DNA of 64,000 nucleotides from an uncultured virus (IMG/VR IMGVR_UViG_2927661242_000003). Lineage: Duplodnaviria; Heunggongvirae; Uroviricota; Caudoviricetes. The translations under genes were made by a program, and so were the position numbers. This document shows positions 28,391-36,942 of this stretch, piece by piece. The notes under the pieces were generated by a model. That model ran no database searches and had not been told where the DNA came from. It was given only the letters and a program-made list of their open reading frames with translations. The stretch is taken from the IMG/VR virus record IMGVR_UViG_2927661242_000003, one strand, 5' to 3'. How positions within the stretch are numbered: position 1 is the stretch's first letter; every line of letters begins with the position of its first letter.

Positions 28391-28518
28391 CGGACAACCA
28401 CAGGAGCGCCTTGGTGCCTGCGAGGCCGGGGCACCCATGGTAACCTTGCCGCCATCTGCAAAAAGCCGAGCCCAGCGCTCCTTTGCTTCACCCATTCAAC
28501 GAATCCGCCTGAATACCA

Positions 28519-28575
28519 ATGAGTAAAAATACCTCCGATCTGTCCTCCCACACGCCGATTGTGCTCGGGTATTAA
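28519..28575 (+). pseudogene. mutS: 5' fragment of mutS interrupted after codon 13 (MSKNTSDLSSHTP|IVLGY*)
   Basis: SDLSSHTP matches the Pseudomonas MutS N-terminus, which continues MMQQY; divergent from prtR, where mutS normally lies. Confidence 0.8.
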
Positions 28576-28698
28576 CGCAAAAAAGCCCTACAGCCCCGTG
28601 TAAAAAGGGCTATAGGGCTTTTTCGACGCAGCTGGATATATGGTTGCTTGGCATTAAATGGCATTGATTGGCGTACAGATTGCCCCATTTTTGCCCCA
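28549..28698. other. Putative prophage attachment junction
   Basis: Core near CACACGCCGAT; inverted repeat 28579-28623; 10-bp-spaced TGGCATT/TGGCGTA repeats and TTGCCCCA x2, resembling integrase arm-type sites. Confidence 0.6.
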
Positions 28699-28706
28699 CG
28701 ACATCC

Positions 28707-29987
28707 TCAATTGCAGGATACCTTCCAAAGCTGATCAAGCTTTGTCGTGTAACTCTGGCTCATCATCTCCCGCCGCATCCCCCAATCGGGGTTTGTAGGG
28801 ACGCTGGCAGCACGGAGTGTGCCCCTCCCCCAGCGACTGTTGATCTGGTCCAGAACCTTCATAACCTTGTCGGTTTCCGACGGTTGCGCCACTGCGAAGA
28901 GATCGCCGGTGTACTCGCCTGGTTGGCATAAATTCAACAACATGACCTCGGCCTTACTGTATTTGAAACCCGGCCTGAAAACGCGGTCCAGCGCTTCCAC
29001 AGCCATTTTCGTCATTAGCCGGACGTCGTTGGTTGGATACGGCAGCTCTACCAGGACACCGTTTGCATACTTGGCTTCCTCGGGGTTAAACATGCCCGTG
29101 CGAATGCTGACGCGGATTTTCTTACACAATGAGTTCTGAGCCCGTAGTTTTTCCGAGGCTCTCATCATGTAAGTGGCAACCGCCTCCTTGATAGGAGCCA
29201 ACTCGGTTAGCCGCCTCCCAAACATCCGGCTACAGCAGATCTCCTGTTTCGGCGGATCTGGCTCGTCCAGTTCCAGGCACGGCGTGCCCGCCAGTTCCCG
29301 GGCCGTCTTCTCGATCACGACACTGAAGTTCTTGCGCAAAGTCCACGGATCGGCCTTGGCCAGGTCCATAGCAGACTTGATTCCCATCCCGTCCAGATGC
29401 GCCTTCATCCGCCGGCCGATACCCCACACCTCGGCGACATCAGTGTTTCGCAACACCCAATCTCGCTTCACGTGATCGGTAATATCTACAACGCCCCCAG
29501 TGTGCGTTTGTAGACGCTTGGCAGTGTGGTTTGCCAGCTTGGCGAGCGTCTTTGTAGACGCGATCCCTACACCAACCGGAATGCCTGTACAGCGCAGCAC
29601 CTGGGCCCGGATCTGCCGGCCGAACTGCTCAAGACTATTGATCCCCGTAAGATCAGCGAAGGCCTCATCGATGCTGTAGACCTCGACCGCCGGCACCATC
29701 GACTCGATCAACGTCATCACTCGCTCACTCATGTCACCATAAAGCGCGTAGTTCGATGAGAACGGAACGATGCCGTTCTGCCTCAGCTTGTGCTTGATCT
29801 GAAAATACGGCTCTCCCATTTTGATGAAGGGCTTTGCGTCGTAGCTGCGCGCAATGACACAACCGTCGTTATTGCTCAGAACAACAATCGGCACCTTTGC
29901 CAGATCAGGGCGAAACACTCGCTCGCAACTGGCATAGAAGCTATTGCAGTCAATCAGGGCAAACACCGGCTCATTGTGTTTAGACAT
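28707..29987 (-). CDS. umuC: DNA polymerase V catalytic subunit UmuC/RulB
   Basis: ALIDCNSFYASCERVFRPDL, SSNYALYGDMS and YSIDEAF motifs. Confidence 0.96.
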   Translation of the reverse strand: MSKHNEPVFALIDCNSFYASCERVFRPDLAKVPIVVLSNNDGCVIARSYDAKPFIKMGEPYFQIKHKLRQNGIVPFSSNYALYGDMSERVMTLIESMVPAVEVYSIDEAFADLTGINSLEQFGRQIRAQVLRCTGIPVGVGIASTKTLAKLANHTAKRLQTHTGGVVDITDHVKRDWVLRNTDVAEVWGIGRRMKAHLDGMGIKSAMDLAKADPWTLRKNFSVVIEKTARELAGTPCLELDEPDPPKQEICCSRMFGRRLTELAPIKEAVATYMMRASEKLRAQNSLCKKIRVSIRTGMFNPEEAKYANGVLVELPYPTNDVRLMTKMAVEALDRVFRPGFKYSKAEVMLLNLCQPGEYTGDLFAVAQPSETDKVMKVLDQINSRWGRGTLRAASVPTNPDWGMRREMMSQSYTTKLDQLWKVSCN

Positions 29988-30405
29988 GGCTGCGTACAGT
30001 GCCAGTGATCACGCCCCAGATTGACAGCTCATCACCCTCAAGGATGTAGCGGGCTGGGTACTTGGGGTTTTCCGAAAGCAAGACCACCTCCGACCCACGC
30101 TTGCACAGTCGCTTGCATACCGGGTCGTTGTTCAGCAACGCCACCACAATGTGGCCATGGGCAGGTTCTATCGAGCGGTCAACAACCGCCAGGTCGCCTT
30201 CGAAAATGCCTGCGCCCTGCATACTCTCCCCGGTGATGGAGATCAGGTAAACGTGCGGTGCACGAATATTCAGGATCTCATCAAGTGAGATATGTGCCTC
30301 GATGTGATCCGCTGCAGGAGAAGGAAAACCAGCGGGCACCTGGAATAGACAAAGGGGCAGCTTGAGGCCGCCTTCGGAAGCAGGACCTAAAATGACATAA
30401 CTCAT
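29980..30405 (-). CDS. umuD: UmuD/RulA
   Basis: VPAGFPSPAAD cleavage site, GESM Ser and CKRL Lys; start refined to MSYVILG. Confidence 0.93.
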   Translation of the reverse strand: MSYVILGPASEGGLKLPLCLFQVPAGFPSPAADHIEAHISLDEILNIRAPHVYLISITGESMQGAGIFEGDLAVVDRSIEPAHGHIVVALLNNDPVCKRLCKRGSEVVLLSENPKYPARYILEGDELSIWGVITGTVRSHV

Positions 30406-30424
30406 GACGCACGACTTCTTATAA

Positions 30425-30440
30425 CTGTACGAATATACAG
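30425..30440. promoter_or_regulatory. LexA (SOS) box
   Basis: CTGTACGAATATACAG fits CTG-N10-CAG; lies between umuD and the SRAP remnant. Confidence 0.9.
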
Positions 30441-30502
30441 TTAACTTGGGGAACACCTTGCGGTCAATTTTGCATAGGAAATATCTGATAGGCGGGCGAA
30501 CT

Positions 30503-30705
30503 ATGTGCGGACGACTTTCGCAATACAGCGACTTCACGACTTCGTCGCAACTCTCAGCATGCCCGAGGCCCTAATTAATAAAGTCGGTGATCAGCCTCTG
30601 GGGCGCTACAAAGCAGCGCCGACAATGCAACTCGCCCTCTGCCTCATCACCGCCGACACGTCACACGTTGACGCTGTGCGGTGGCGGCCGCACTGGGCTA
30701 CCGAT
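30503..30705 (+). pseudogene. SOS-response-associated peptidase (SRAP/HMCES) remnant
   Basis: MCGRLSQYS start, then a frameshift to HDFVATLSMPEAL...RY.AAPT...WRPHWA; truncated. Confidence 0.8.
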
Positions 30706-30864
30706 AATCGAGGACGGCCAGCCCCTTGGCCAACTGGGCGTGGATCAACTGCAGATTGGGTGCCTGAGTGATCGCCAGCAGGGCGACGGTGGCCGCGTCT
30801 TGTAGGGTAGCCGGAGACAGGTAGTCGCCCCGGACGCAGGGCTCGGCGTTACCGTAACGGGCGC

Positions 30865-31182
30865 TCATGGCTGAAGAGCCCGAGCTTGAGCCATGAAGTG
30901 CTGAGCTTGATCGGCAGCTAAAGCGCCGTCCTTAACGAACTGTGCCAGCCACTCCTGCAACTTGGGCAGGCTGTTTTCAGAGCGTTTCGCCAATTGACTG
31001 CCCAGGGCCAACACCATGCCGCGAAGCTGCAGCTCATTGCGGATACAGGCCTTTCGATAGTCGATTGCGCCCATGATACCTTGGGTAATGGCCGCTTCGG
31101 CCGGGTGATTGCGATGCATGTCGGCCAATCGCTGGCTAAGGAAGCGGGCTTCAAAATCTGGATCAATGCCATCGCCGTTCAT
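30865..31182 (-). CDS. Hypothetical protein (105 aa)
   Basis: AAAGGA RBS; helical, protein-like composition. Confidence 0.6.
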   Translation of the reverse strand: MNGDGIDPDFEARFLSQRLADMHRNHPAEAAITQGIMGAIDYRKACIRNELQLRGMVLALGSQLAKRSENSLPKLQEWLAQFVKDGALAADQAQHFMAQARALQP

Positions 31183-31280
31183 GATCGGAGTCCTTTCGAG
31201 TGACGGGCCGGCACCGCGTAAAACCAACCCCCCGGGTGTATGGGTGTCCAGTCTAGGGGGGCGTGGAAACCGGGGTCCAC

Positions 31281-31321
31281 AAAAAAGGCCCCCGCACCTG
31301 GCTTAGGTGGAGGGCCTATTT
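31281..31321 (-). terminator. Probable terminator
   Basis: AGGCCC..CACCT/AGGTG..GGGCCT stem with T-run on the minus strand. Confidence 0.55.
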
Positions 31322-31353
31322 GACATAGCACACGTTATTCGTAGCGCGGCGGC

Positions 31354-31596
31354 CTATTCGGCTGCGCTGGCCTGCTCGAGCGCTGCGTGCACTGCAACGG
31401 ACAGACGGAACAATGCCTGATGGTACCGCTTTTCTTCGCTAGCCATTTCAGCTCGAAAATGGCGGATCTTTTCAGCGTTCCGGGGTTGTTCATTCTGTAG
31501 ATAAGCAATCTCATTGTTCGCGGCCCTCATCGCCTGAATCGCTGCCTGTACGGCGTCACTGGCGGGCTGGAGCAGGGCGGTGTCGATCATCGGCAT
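31354..31596 (-). CDS. Hypothetical coiled-coil protein (80 aa)
   Basis: AAAGGAAAGG RBS; helical composition. Confidence 0.6.
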   Translation of the reverse strand: MPMIDTALLQPASDAVQAAIQAMRAANNEIAYLQNEQPRNAEKIRHFRAEMASEEKRYHQALFRLSVAVHAALEQASAAE

Positions 31597-31655
31597 AGCG
31601 GGGGTTCCTTTCCTTTGGGATTAAGTCGTTACGGGTAACGCGGGCCGGCACCGGC

Positions 31656-31898
31656 TCACTCACGGCCGGCGGTTTCCCACGACAGCGGCTCACCTTCGCA
31701 CTCACCGAGCGGACCGGCCAAGGTGTAATCAGCTCCAGGGCGAGTATCCACCTGATACGGCGGGCAGGCCCAGCTCCACGCCTGATCCCAGTTTTCCCCC
31801 GGCTGGGCGCCGGCCTGGACCTGGGCGTCCGTCAGCGGCGGCAGCTTTTCGAACTCCAGCCTTTTCGTGTCGAGCATCGGCATGAGGGCCTTGCTCAC
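31656..31898 (-). CDS. Hypothetical protein or gene remnant
   Basis: ORF only; same orientation as its neighbours. Confidence 0.35.
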   Translation of the reverse strand: MSKALMPMLDTKRLEFEKLPPLTDAQVQAGAQPGENWDQAWSWACPPYQVDTRPGADYTLAGPLGECEGEPLSWETAGRE

Positions 31899-32369
31899 TT
31901 AAGGTTGGAGGCACCGGCTTGGGCGAACCAGGGGCGCAGGTGGGGGACTTTAAATCTGCGCATCACTTTGAAAATGGGCTCTAGAGCCGTGACGGAATCG
32001 AGCACTTTAAAGCCGACCAAATTTGTTCTTTTTTTGCCCTTCAAAAAAAAAACTCACAGCACGGCGAGAAGCGCTGCGCGCATGTAACCCCTTATTTAGC
32101 AAGGCTTCAACGCCTGAGCCCAAACATCATGGGTAAGTTCAATCGTATCAACATGCCATGACGCGATCGCTAGTTATATTTTCTGGTAATATTGGCGAGT
32201 CGCTCAGATTTCTGAGATGACGTACGGCTTGCCGACTGAACAAAACAGGAAGCAGGCCGGGGAGTGTTCCACCGAATGAATCGGTAGACGCTCTGACCAT
32301 CCATTAACGAGGAAATCGTAATGAAAACATCACCTTATTCTTTAATTTTCCCAGGGGGGAACAGCCCAA

Positions 32370-32750
32370 ATGGCAACACGCGACAGCAACACCCACGACA
32401 CCCCATCTAAGATTCGCGAAGTACGGTTCTACCCGGATAAGGCGGGCAAGAAAGAAATGCAAGAAGTACCTGTCAAGGTGCGGAATGTATTCCTGACAAA
32501 CCTCAACTTACTCATGGTAGGCGAAGAGCCGGCGTGTGCGTTTGGTACATTGAGTTCTTTGGGCCACGGCATCTACGAACTCAAGATCAACGGCTCACCA
32601 GCTTGGCGCTGCATCTACTACACCGGCTTACCAGGGCAGATTGTAGTGCTGCATACCTGCAAAAAAACTACGAACGGAGTGGATCGACAGCTCTCGAACG
32701 TGGTCGAGAAGCGTTTAGCCGCCTTGAGGTCTGAACTCAAGACAGGCTAA
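32370..32750 (+). CDS. RelE/HigB-superfamily (Gp49-like) toxin
   Basis: LGHGIYELKI...WRCIYY...IVVLHTCKKTT pattern. Confidence 0.78.
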   Translation: MATRDSNTHDTPSKIREVRFYPDKAGKKEMQEVPVKVRNVFLTNLNLLMVGEEPACAFGTLSSLGHGIYELKINGSPAWRCIYYTGLPGQIVVLHTCKKTTNGVDRQLSNVVEKRLAALRSELKTG

Positions 32751-32769
32751 TCGTGGAGAAAGCGGTGCT

Positions 32770-33081
32770 TTAGAGCATCGCTTTTTTTAGGTTCATCACC
32801 AACGGCTGCGCTTTGTTTTCAGGGTCAAAGTCAGCGTCCAGCTTGTAGCCAATTCGGACCAGCATTTGCAGCAGCGCATCAATCGAGAACTTATCCAAGT
32901 AGCCTTTGAACAGGTTGCTCATGCGCGGTTTGGTCACGTTCAGGTGCTGGGCGGCCGTAGCCTGATTCCAGCCTTTCTGGCGGATCAAGGTAATAAGCAC
33001 CATGAAAAGCTGCGTCTTCAGGTGCTGCAGGTTGTATTCCACAGGGTCATCTGTGAACAGTTCGAATAGGTTCTGGCTCAT
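32770..33081 (-). CDS. XRE-family HTH antitoxin-like protein (HigA-like)
   Basis: LIRQKGWNQATAAQHLNVTKPRMSNLFKG...KFSIDAL pattern; GGAGG RBS. Confidence 0.82.
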   Translation of the reverse strand: MSQNLFELFTDDPVEYNLQHLKTQLFMVLITLIRQKGWNQATAAQHLNVTKPRMSNLFKGYLDKFSIDALLQMLVRIGYKLDADFDPENKAQPLVMNLKKAML

Positions 33082-33336
33082 GGTAGTCCTCCGATAGTCA
33101 ATGGAGGGAAACTCTCAGTATGTTTCGCTTGAGTGCGGATCGTAGAGAAAGCATGCAAATCAGTTTCACGACTTTTTGCAGCTTAACGACTGTTAACGAC
33201 GTACGGCCAATACTATTATCTTTTCTGGTAACACTGCAATAGTTGTTATGCCAAAATTCTTGCAGAAAAAAGCGTCAAAAAACTATTCTGATTCTGAGCT
33301 TGGCTGCCCGAGGCTCTAGCCGGGGCTTGGGCCTGC

Positions 33337-33612
33337 TCATTTGCTTAATCGTTTAAGCGCTTTCCTTAGGCTCTGACGGTGACGAAGCCCGCCTATTCCG
33401 GACGGTCGGTCAGAGCGCCACTGCCGACATTGAACAGAATACAGCACGTCTGCAACCTCCAGCAGGGCCAGCTCGGTGACGCGGATACCGGTCGTGTGTG
33501 CGAGCCAAAGCGACATCACGTCGCGCTCTGGTAGTCGGCCAGTTGCGGATGCAACGTGAATAAGGTGTCTGAATTGTCCAGGGCGTAGCGAAGTGGCAAG
33601 GCGGGGAGTCAT
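33337..33612 (-). pseudogene. Truncated tyrosine recombinase
   Basis: ERD...LWLAHTTGIRVTELALLEVADV box I is present; the H-x-x-R and Tyr boxes are absent. Confidence 0.75.
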
Positions 33613-33710
33613 ATGGGCTCTCTGTAAGGATTGCGCGGGAATCGCAATGAATCTATAGAGAGTGGCCAGCGGGTCTCCTGAATTGCTTACAGGCAAGCCC
33701 GCTGTAGAGT

Positions 33711-34226
33711 TCACGGAAAATTCTCGCGTACGTACGTCTGACATGCCCGCAAAGCGATCAATCCTTGGTCACCGTCTCCGGCGATGGCGACAATTCGTTG
33801 AGCAGCCGCTGGGTCAAGTTCGGCTCGCGCTCTTCCATGAACCACGCCGCAGGTGCTGGCGGTCGCTGACACCCCACCGCTACCACCCGAGGCGGCGGTG
33901 TTGAGAAGGACTGACAGCCGCAGGTCAGCAGTAGCAAGCCGATCACGCAGGCGAGCCTGGTTCGTTTGTGCATCGCGCAATTCCTTGTAGTGGGTTTCGT
34001 CATTCGCCTGCAGGCGGTCCTCCAGCGCCCGGCGGGCGTCCTGCTGGGTTTCCTGCCAGTTGATCACTGCCGTAGCGGCCTGCTCGCGATCAGTGCCGTA
34101 CGCCTCGGCCTGGGCAGCCAGATCCTTGCCGTAGGCGTTGGCCTGCCACGTCCAGGCGCCCCAGCCGCCCAGGGCGAGCCCCAGCACCAGGGCCAGAACC
34201 GGCAACAACCATCCCGGGGCCTTCAA
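33711..34226 (-). CDS. Rz inner-membrane spanin
   Basis: N-terminal TM, coiled coil, RLSV and GDQGLIALRACQ motifs. Confidence 0.88.
   Translation of the reverse strand: MKAPGWLLPVLALVLGLALGGWGAWTWQANAYGKDLAAQAEAYGTDREQAATAVINWQETQQDARRALEDRLQANDETHYKELRDAQTNQARLRDRLATADLRLSVLLNTAASGGSGGVSATASTCGVVHGRARAELDPAAAQRIVAIAGDGDQGLIALRACQTYVRENFP
33758..33973 (-). CDS. Rz1 outer-membrane spanin nested in Rz
   Basis: MHKRTRLACVIGLLLLTCGC lipoprotein signal; Pro-rich, with PAAWFM. Confidence 0.8.
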   Translation of the reverse strand: MHKRTRLACVIGLLLLTCGCQSFSTPPPRVVAVGCQRPPAPAAWFMEEREPNLTQRLLNELSPSPETVTKD

Positions 34227-34774
34227 GGCAGCACCTTCAATGCACGCTGATACAGCGCCTCACGATCCGACAGGCCGTTGGTCCCGCCGTTAATGCGCTT
34301 GGTGATGGTGAGAAAGTCGCTCTTATCGGCAAGGCTGTTCAGGCCCGCACGCTGCCAGAACCAACCCGCCGACAGCGCGGCATAGACCGGGGTTTCCAGC
34401 AGCTCCGGGGTGTTGAGCAATCGAGCATCGCCAAACAGCGCCTCGCTGCAGGCTTCATAGTTGGCCCGCCCAGTGACCTGGATGAGCCCCCTGCCCCGGT
34501 ACTTCTGGCCGTCGCCATCCGCTTCGGGGGTGTTACCCAGGCGCTTGGCCAGGGTGCCGGTGTCGTACTTGCTCAGGTACTGATTGCTGCCCAGTTCGCG
34601 CACATACAGGAGCTGGCCTGACTCGTGGCCGATCTGCGCGATGAACGCAGCCATGCGCAGGCGGGTGATGATTGCGTACTTGCTCATGGCGGCGTTGAGA
34701 GCTGGAACAAAAACGCCGGCTTTAGCGCCGGCGTTGGGGAGGATCTGCAGCAGCTGCTGCGCGGTAATGGTCAT
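34223..34774 (-). CDS. GH19 endolysin
   Basis: AQIGHESG and YRGRGLIQVTG motifs; paralogue of 894-1457. Confidence 0.93.
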   Translation of the reverse strand: MTITAQQLLQILPNAGAKAGVFVPALNAAMSKYAIITRLRMAAFIAQIGHESGQLLYVRELGSNQYLSKYDTGTLAKRLGNTPEADGDGQKYRGRGLIQVTGRANYEACSEALFGDARLLNTPELLETPVYAALSAGWFWQRAGLNSLADKSDFLTITKRINGGTNGLSDREALYQRALKVLP

Positions 34775-34801
34775 ACGTGATTTCTCCAGTGGTGATGGGG
34801 T

Positions 34802-35845
34802 TTAGAGCTGCTCGACCCTGAGCGGCTTGGTTGCTTTCTTTTTCTTGCCCTTGGCTTTTGCTTTGCCCCTCTTGCCGCCGTTGCACTCGACCGTGGTGCT
34901 CCACCCAGACTGGGTGAACACCTGCTCGACCGAGTCCACCAGGTACTCACCATCTAGGCCGACCTTGAAGCCTTGGACATTGATCATGCGCTCAGCGAAT
35001 AGATCGGTTCGGCCAGGCATCTCCAGGCGCACGCCGGCGGTGCTGCGGTTGAATGCAGCCAACCGCGCCTTGGCGGCCTGCTCGGCAGCGGACTTGTTCG
35101 GATAGATATGTCGGTCGGTGTGCACCGGCGGCAGGCCGTCCGGCGAGTCCTCGTTGCTCAGGTCGACGACCCGCAGCTTTCCGCTCTTCTTGTCCTGGTG
35201 CTTGGTTTGCACCGCCTTGTGGGTGCTCTTGTCACCCAGGCGGAACTGATAGCGGCTCACATCGCGGCGGGTGATGGTGACGGTGCCAAAGGCTTTGCCG
35301 CTCGCGCTCTGCCCGGCCTGCCGAGGTAGCACCAGCAGCTTGCCGTCGGCCACCTTGGCTGTGCAGTCGTACTGCTTGGCCAGGCGGGTGATGAAGTTGA
35401 AGTCGGATTCGTTGAGCTGGTCGACCCGGGGCACCTTGGTGGTCACCGTGCACACTGGCTGCCAGCCGTTGCGGGTAGCCACATCGCGCGCGATCTGCTG
35501 CAGCGGGACGTCTTCCCAGCTACCGCTGCGGGTGGTCTTGCCACTGCCACGCATGTCGCTGGCCTTGCCCCGGATCTCGATAGAATCAGGCGGCCCCGTC
35601 ACCACGACCTCGTCCACCATGTAGCGCCCAAGGCGGGTCAGTGACTGGCCGGCGTAGCCCATGAACACCTCGATGCTCGCGCCCCGGCTGGGCAGCGCCA
35701 CCGCACCGTCGCGGTCGTCGATGCGCAGCTCAAACTCGTCCGACTCCATGCCGGGCTTGTCCGAGGTGCGCAGGGTCAACAGCCGGTCATTGATCAGTGC
35801 GGTGATGTTCTTGCCGTCTGCAACGATTCGGAACTCAGGTTTCAT
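34802..35845 (-). CDS. Phage late control D protein
   Basis: Paralogue of 14033-15076, same length. Confidence 0.92.
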   Translation of the reverse strand: MKPEFRIVADGKNITALINDRLLTLRTSDKPGMESDEFELRIDDRDGAVALPSRGASIEVFMGYAGQSLTRLGRYMVDEVVVTGPPDSIEIRGKASDMRGSGKTTRSGSWEDVPLQQIARDVATRNGWQPVCTVTTKVPRVDQLNESDFNFITRLAKQYDCTAKVADGKLLVLPRQAGQSASGKAFGTVTITRRDVSRYQFRLGDKSTHKAVQTKHQDKKSGKLRVVDLSNEDSPDGLPPVHTDRHIYPNKSAAEQAAKARLAAFNRSTAGVRLEMPGRTDLFAERMINVQGFKVGLDGEYLVDSVEQVFTQSGWSTTVECNGGKRGKAKAKGKKKKATKPLRVEQL

Positions 35846-35906
35846 TGCTCATGCTCCAGAAATGGAAAACCCCGCACATGGCGGGGCCTGTAGGTGACTC
35901 TGACAA

Positions 35907-36113
35907 TCAATCCCAGAGCAGCACAGAGGAATCGGCCTGGCTCGGCAGATCCGGCAGTACGATCAGCAGCCCAGCCCGGAACGGCTGGGGCTCATCGGCC
36001 AGCCCCTGGTTGGCATCCAGTACCGCTTCGACACTGCCATTCAGGTGCCCGTAGTACTGGTGGCACAAGGTGTCGAGCAGATCCCCGTCAGACGTTCTGC
36101 ATGTCGTCGCCAT
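35907..36113 (-). CDS. Tail protein X
   Basis: Paralogue of 15138-15344. Confidence 0.9.
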   Translation of the reverse strand: MATTCRTSDGDLLDTLCHQYYGHLNGSVEAVLDANQGLADEPQPFRAGLLIVLPDLPSQADSSVLLWD

Positions 36114-36933
36114 AGCTCACAAACTCCATTGAAAAGCCCTGCTTACGCGGGATGCCCCCGGCCAGCAGATGGCTCTGTTCTTCCTCAAGGCTGGTCAGGC
36201 ACCAGGTGCCCAGCACCTCGCCATAGCCCGTGGTCAGGCTCAGCGGCTGCAGGCGCCGCCCGATGCTGCGCAGCTTTTGCAACTGACCCAGCCCACCCTT
36301 GAACCCAGGAAACACCGCGCCCTTGAGGGTAATTTTGTCGTCGCCCTGCCCCACCGCCTGCTGCGCGATGCTGCGGGTTAGGCGTTCCTGACCAGCCCAG
36401 CGGAACCCGGTCTGACGCCGCAGCTCTTCAAAGGCAGCGGTGTCGAGGTTGAAGTAAAAGGCTGCACCGGCAGCCCGGAACGGCTGAATGATCAGCAGGT
36501 GCGGGAACGGCTTCACCGCCTCGGCGGCCGGAGTACCCAGGCCGCCGAACGATCCGGTCGAGAAAATGTTGCCCAGGGATGGGCTGATCTGCCCGCCGAT
36601 CCGGTTGATAGCGGCGCCGGCCTTAGCGGTCTGCTCCTGCAACGTACCGAGCCGCAGCTGGATCTGCCCCGCCGCCGACACGGCCTGGCTGTACTTGGCC
36701 GCCACCTCACCGACCACAGACTGCGCGGCGGTGATGCCGCGCAAGGTCCGCTGCAGCTTGGCGCCTATCTCAGGCCCCACAAACGGGATGTTCTCCAGCT
36801 CCGAGGCAGCACCGGTAATCTCGCTGATGGCTCCGTTCAACGGGGTCAGCATGCCATCCGCACTGCTGCGGCCCGCCTCCCCCGCCTCGACCAGGGACTG
36901 GAACCCTGACTGCAGTTGTTCCATGTACGCCAT
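36088..36933 (-). CDS. Tail protein gpU-like
   Basis: Paralogue of 15319-16164. Confidence 0.88.
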   Translation of the reverse strand: MAYMEQLQSGFQSLVEAGEAGRSSADGMLTPLNGAISEITGAASELENIPFVGPEIGAKLQRTLRGITAAQSVVGEVAAKYSQAVSAAGQIQLRLGTLQEQTAKAGAAINRIGGQISPSLGNIFSTGSFGGLGTPAAEAVKPFPHLLIIQPFRAAGAAFYFNLDTAAFEELRRQTGFRWAGQERLTRSIAQQAVGQGDDKITLKGAVFPGFKGGLGQLQKLRSIGRRLQPLSLTTGYGEVLGTWCLTSLEEEQSHLLAGGIPRKQGFSMEFVSYGDDMQNV

Positions 36934-36942
36934 GGCACCTCC

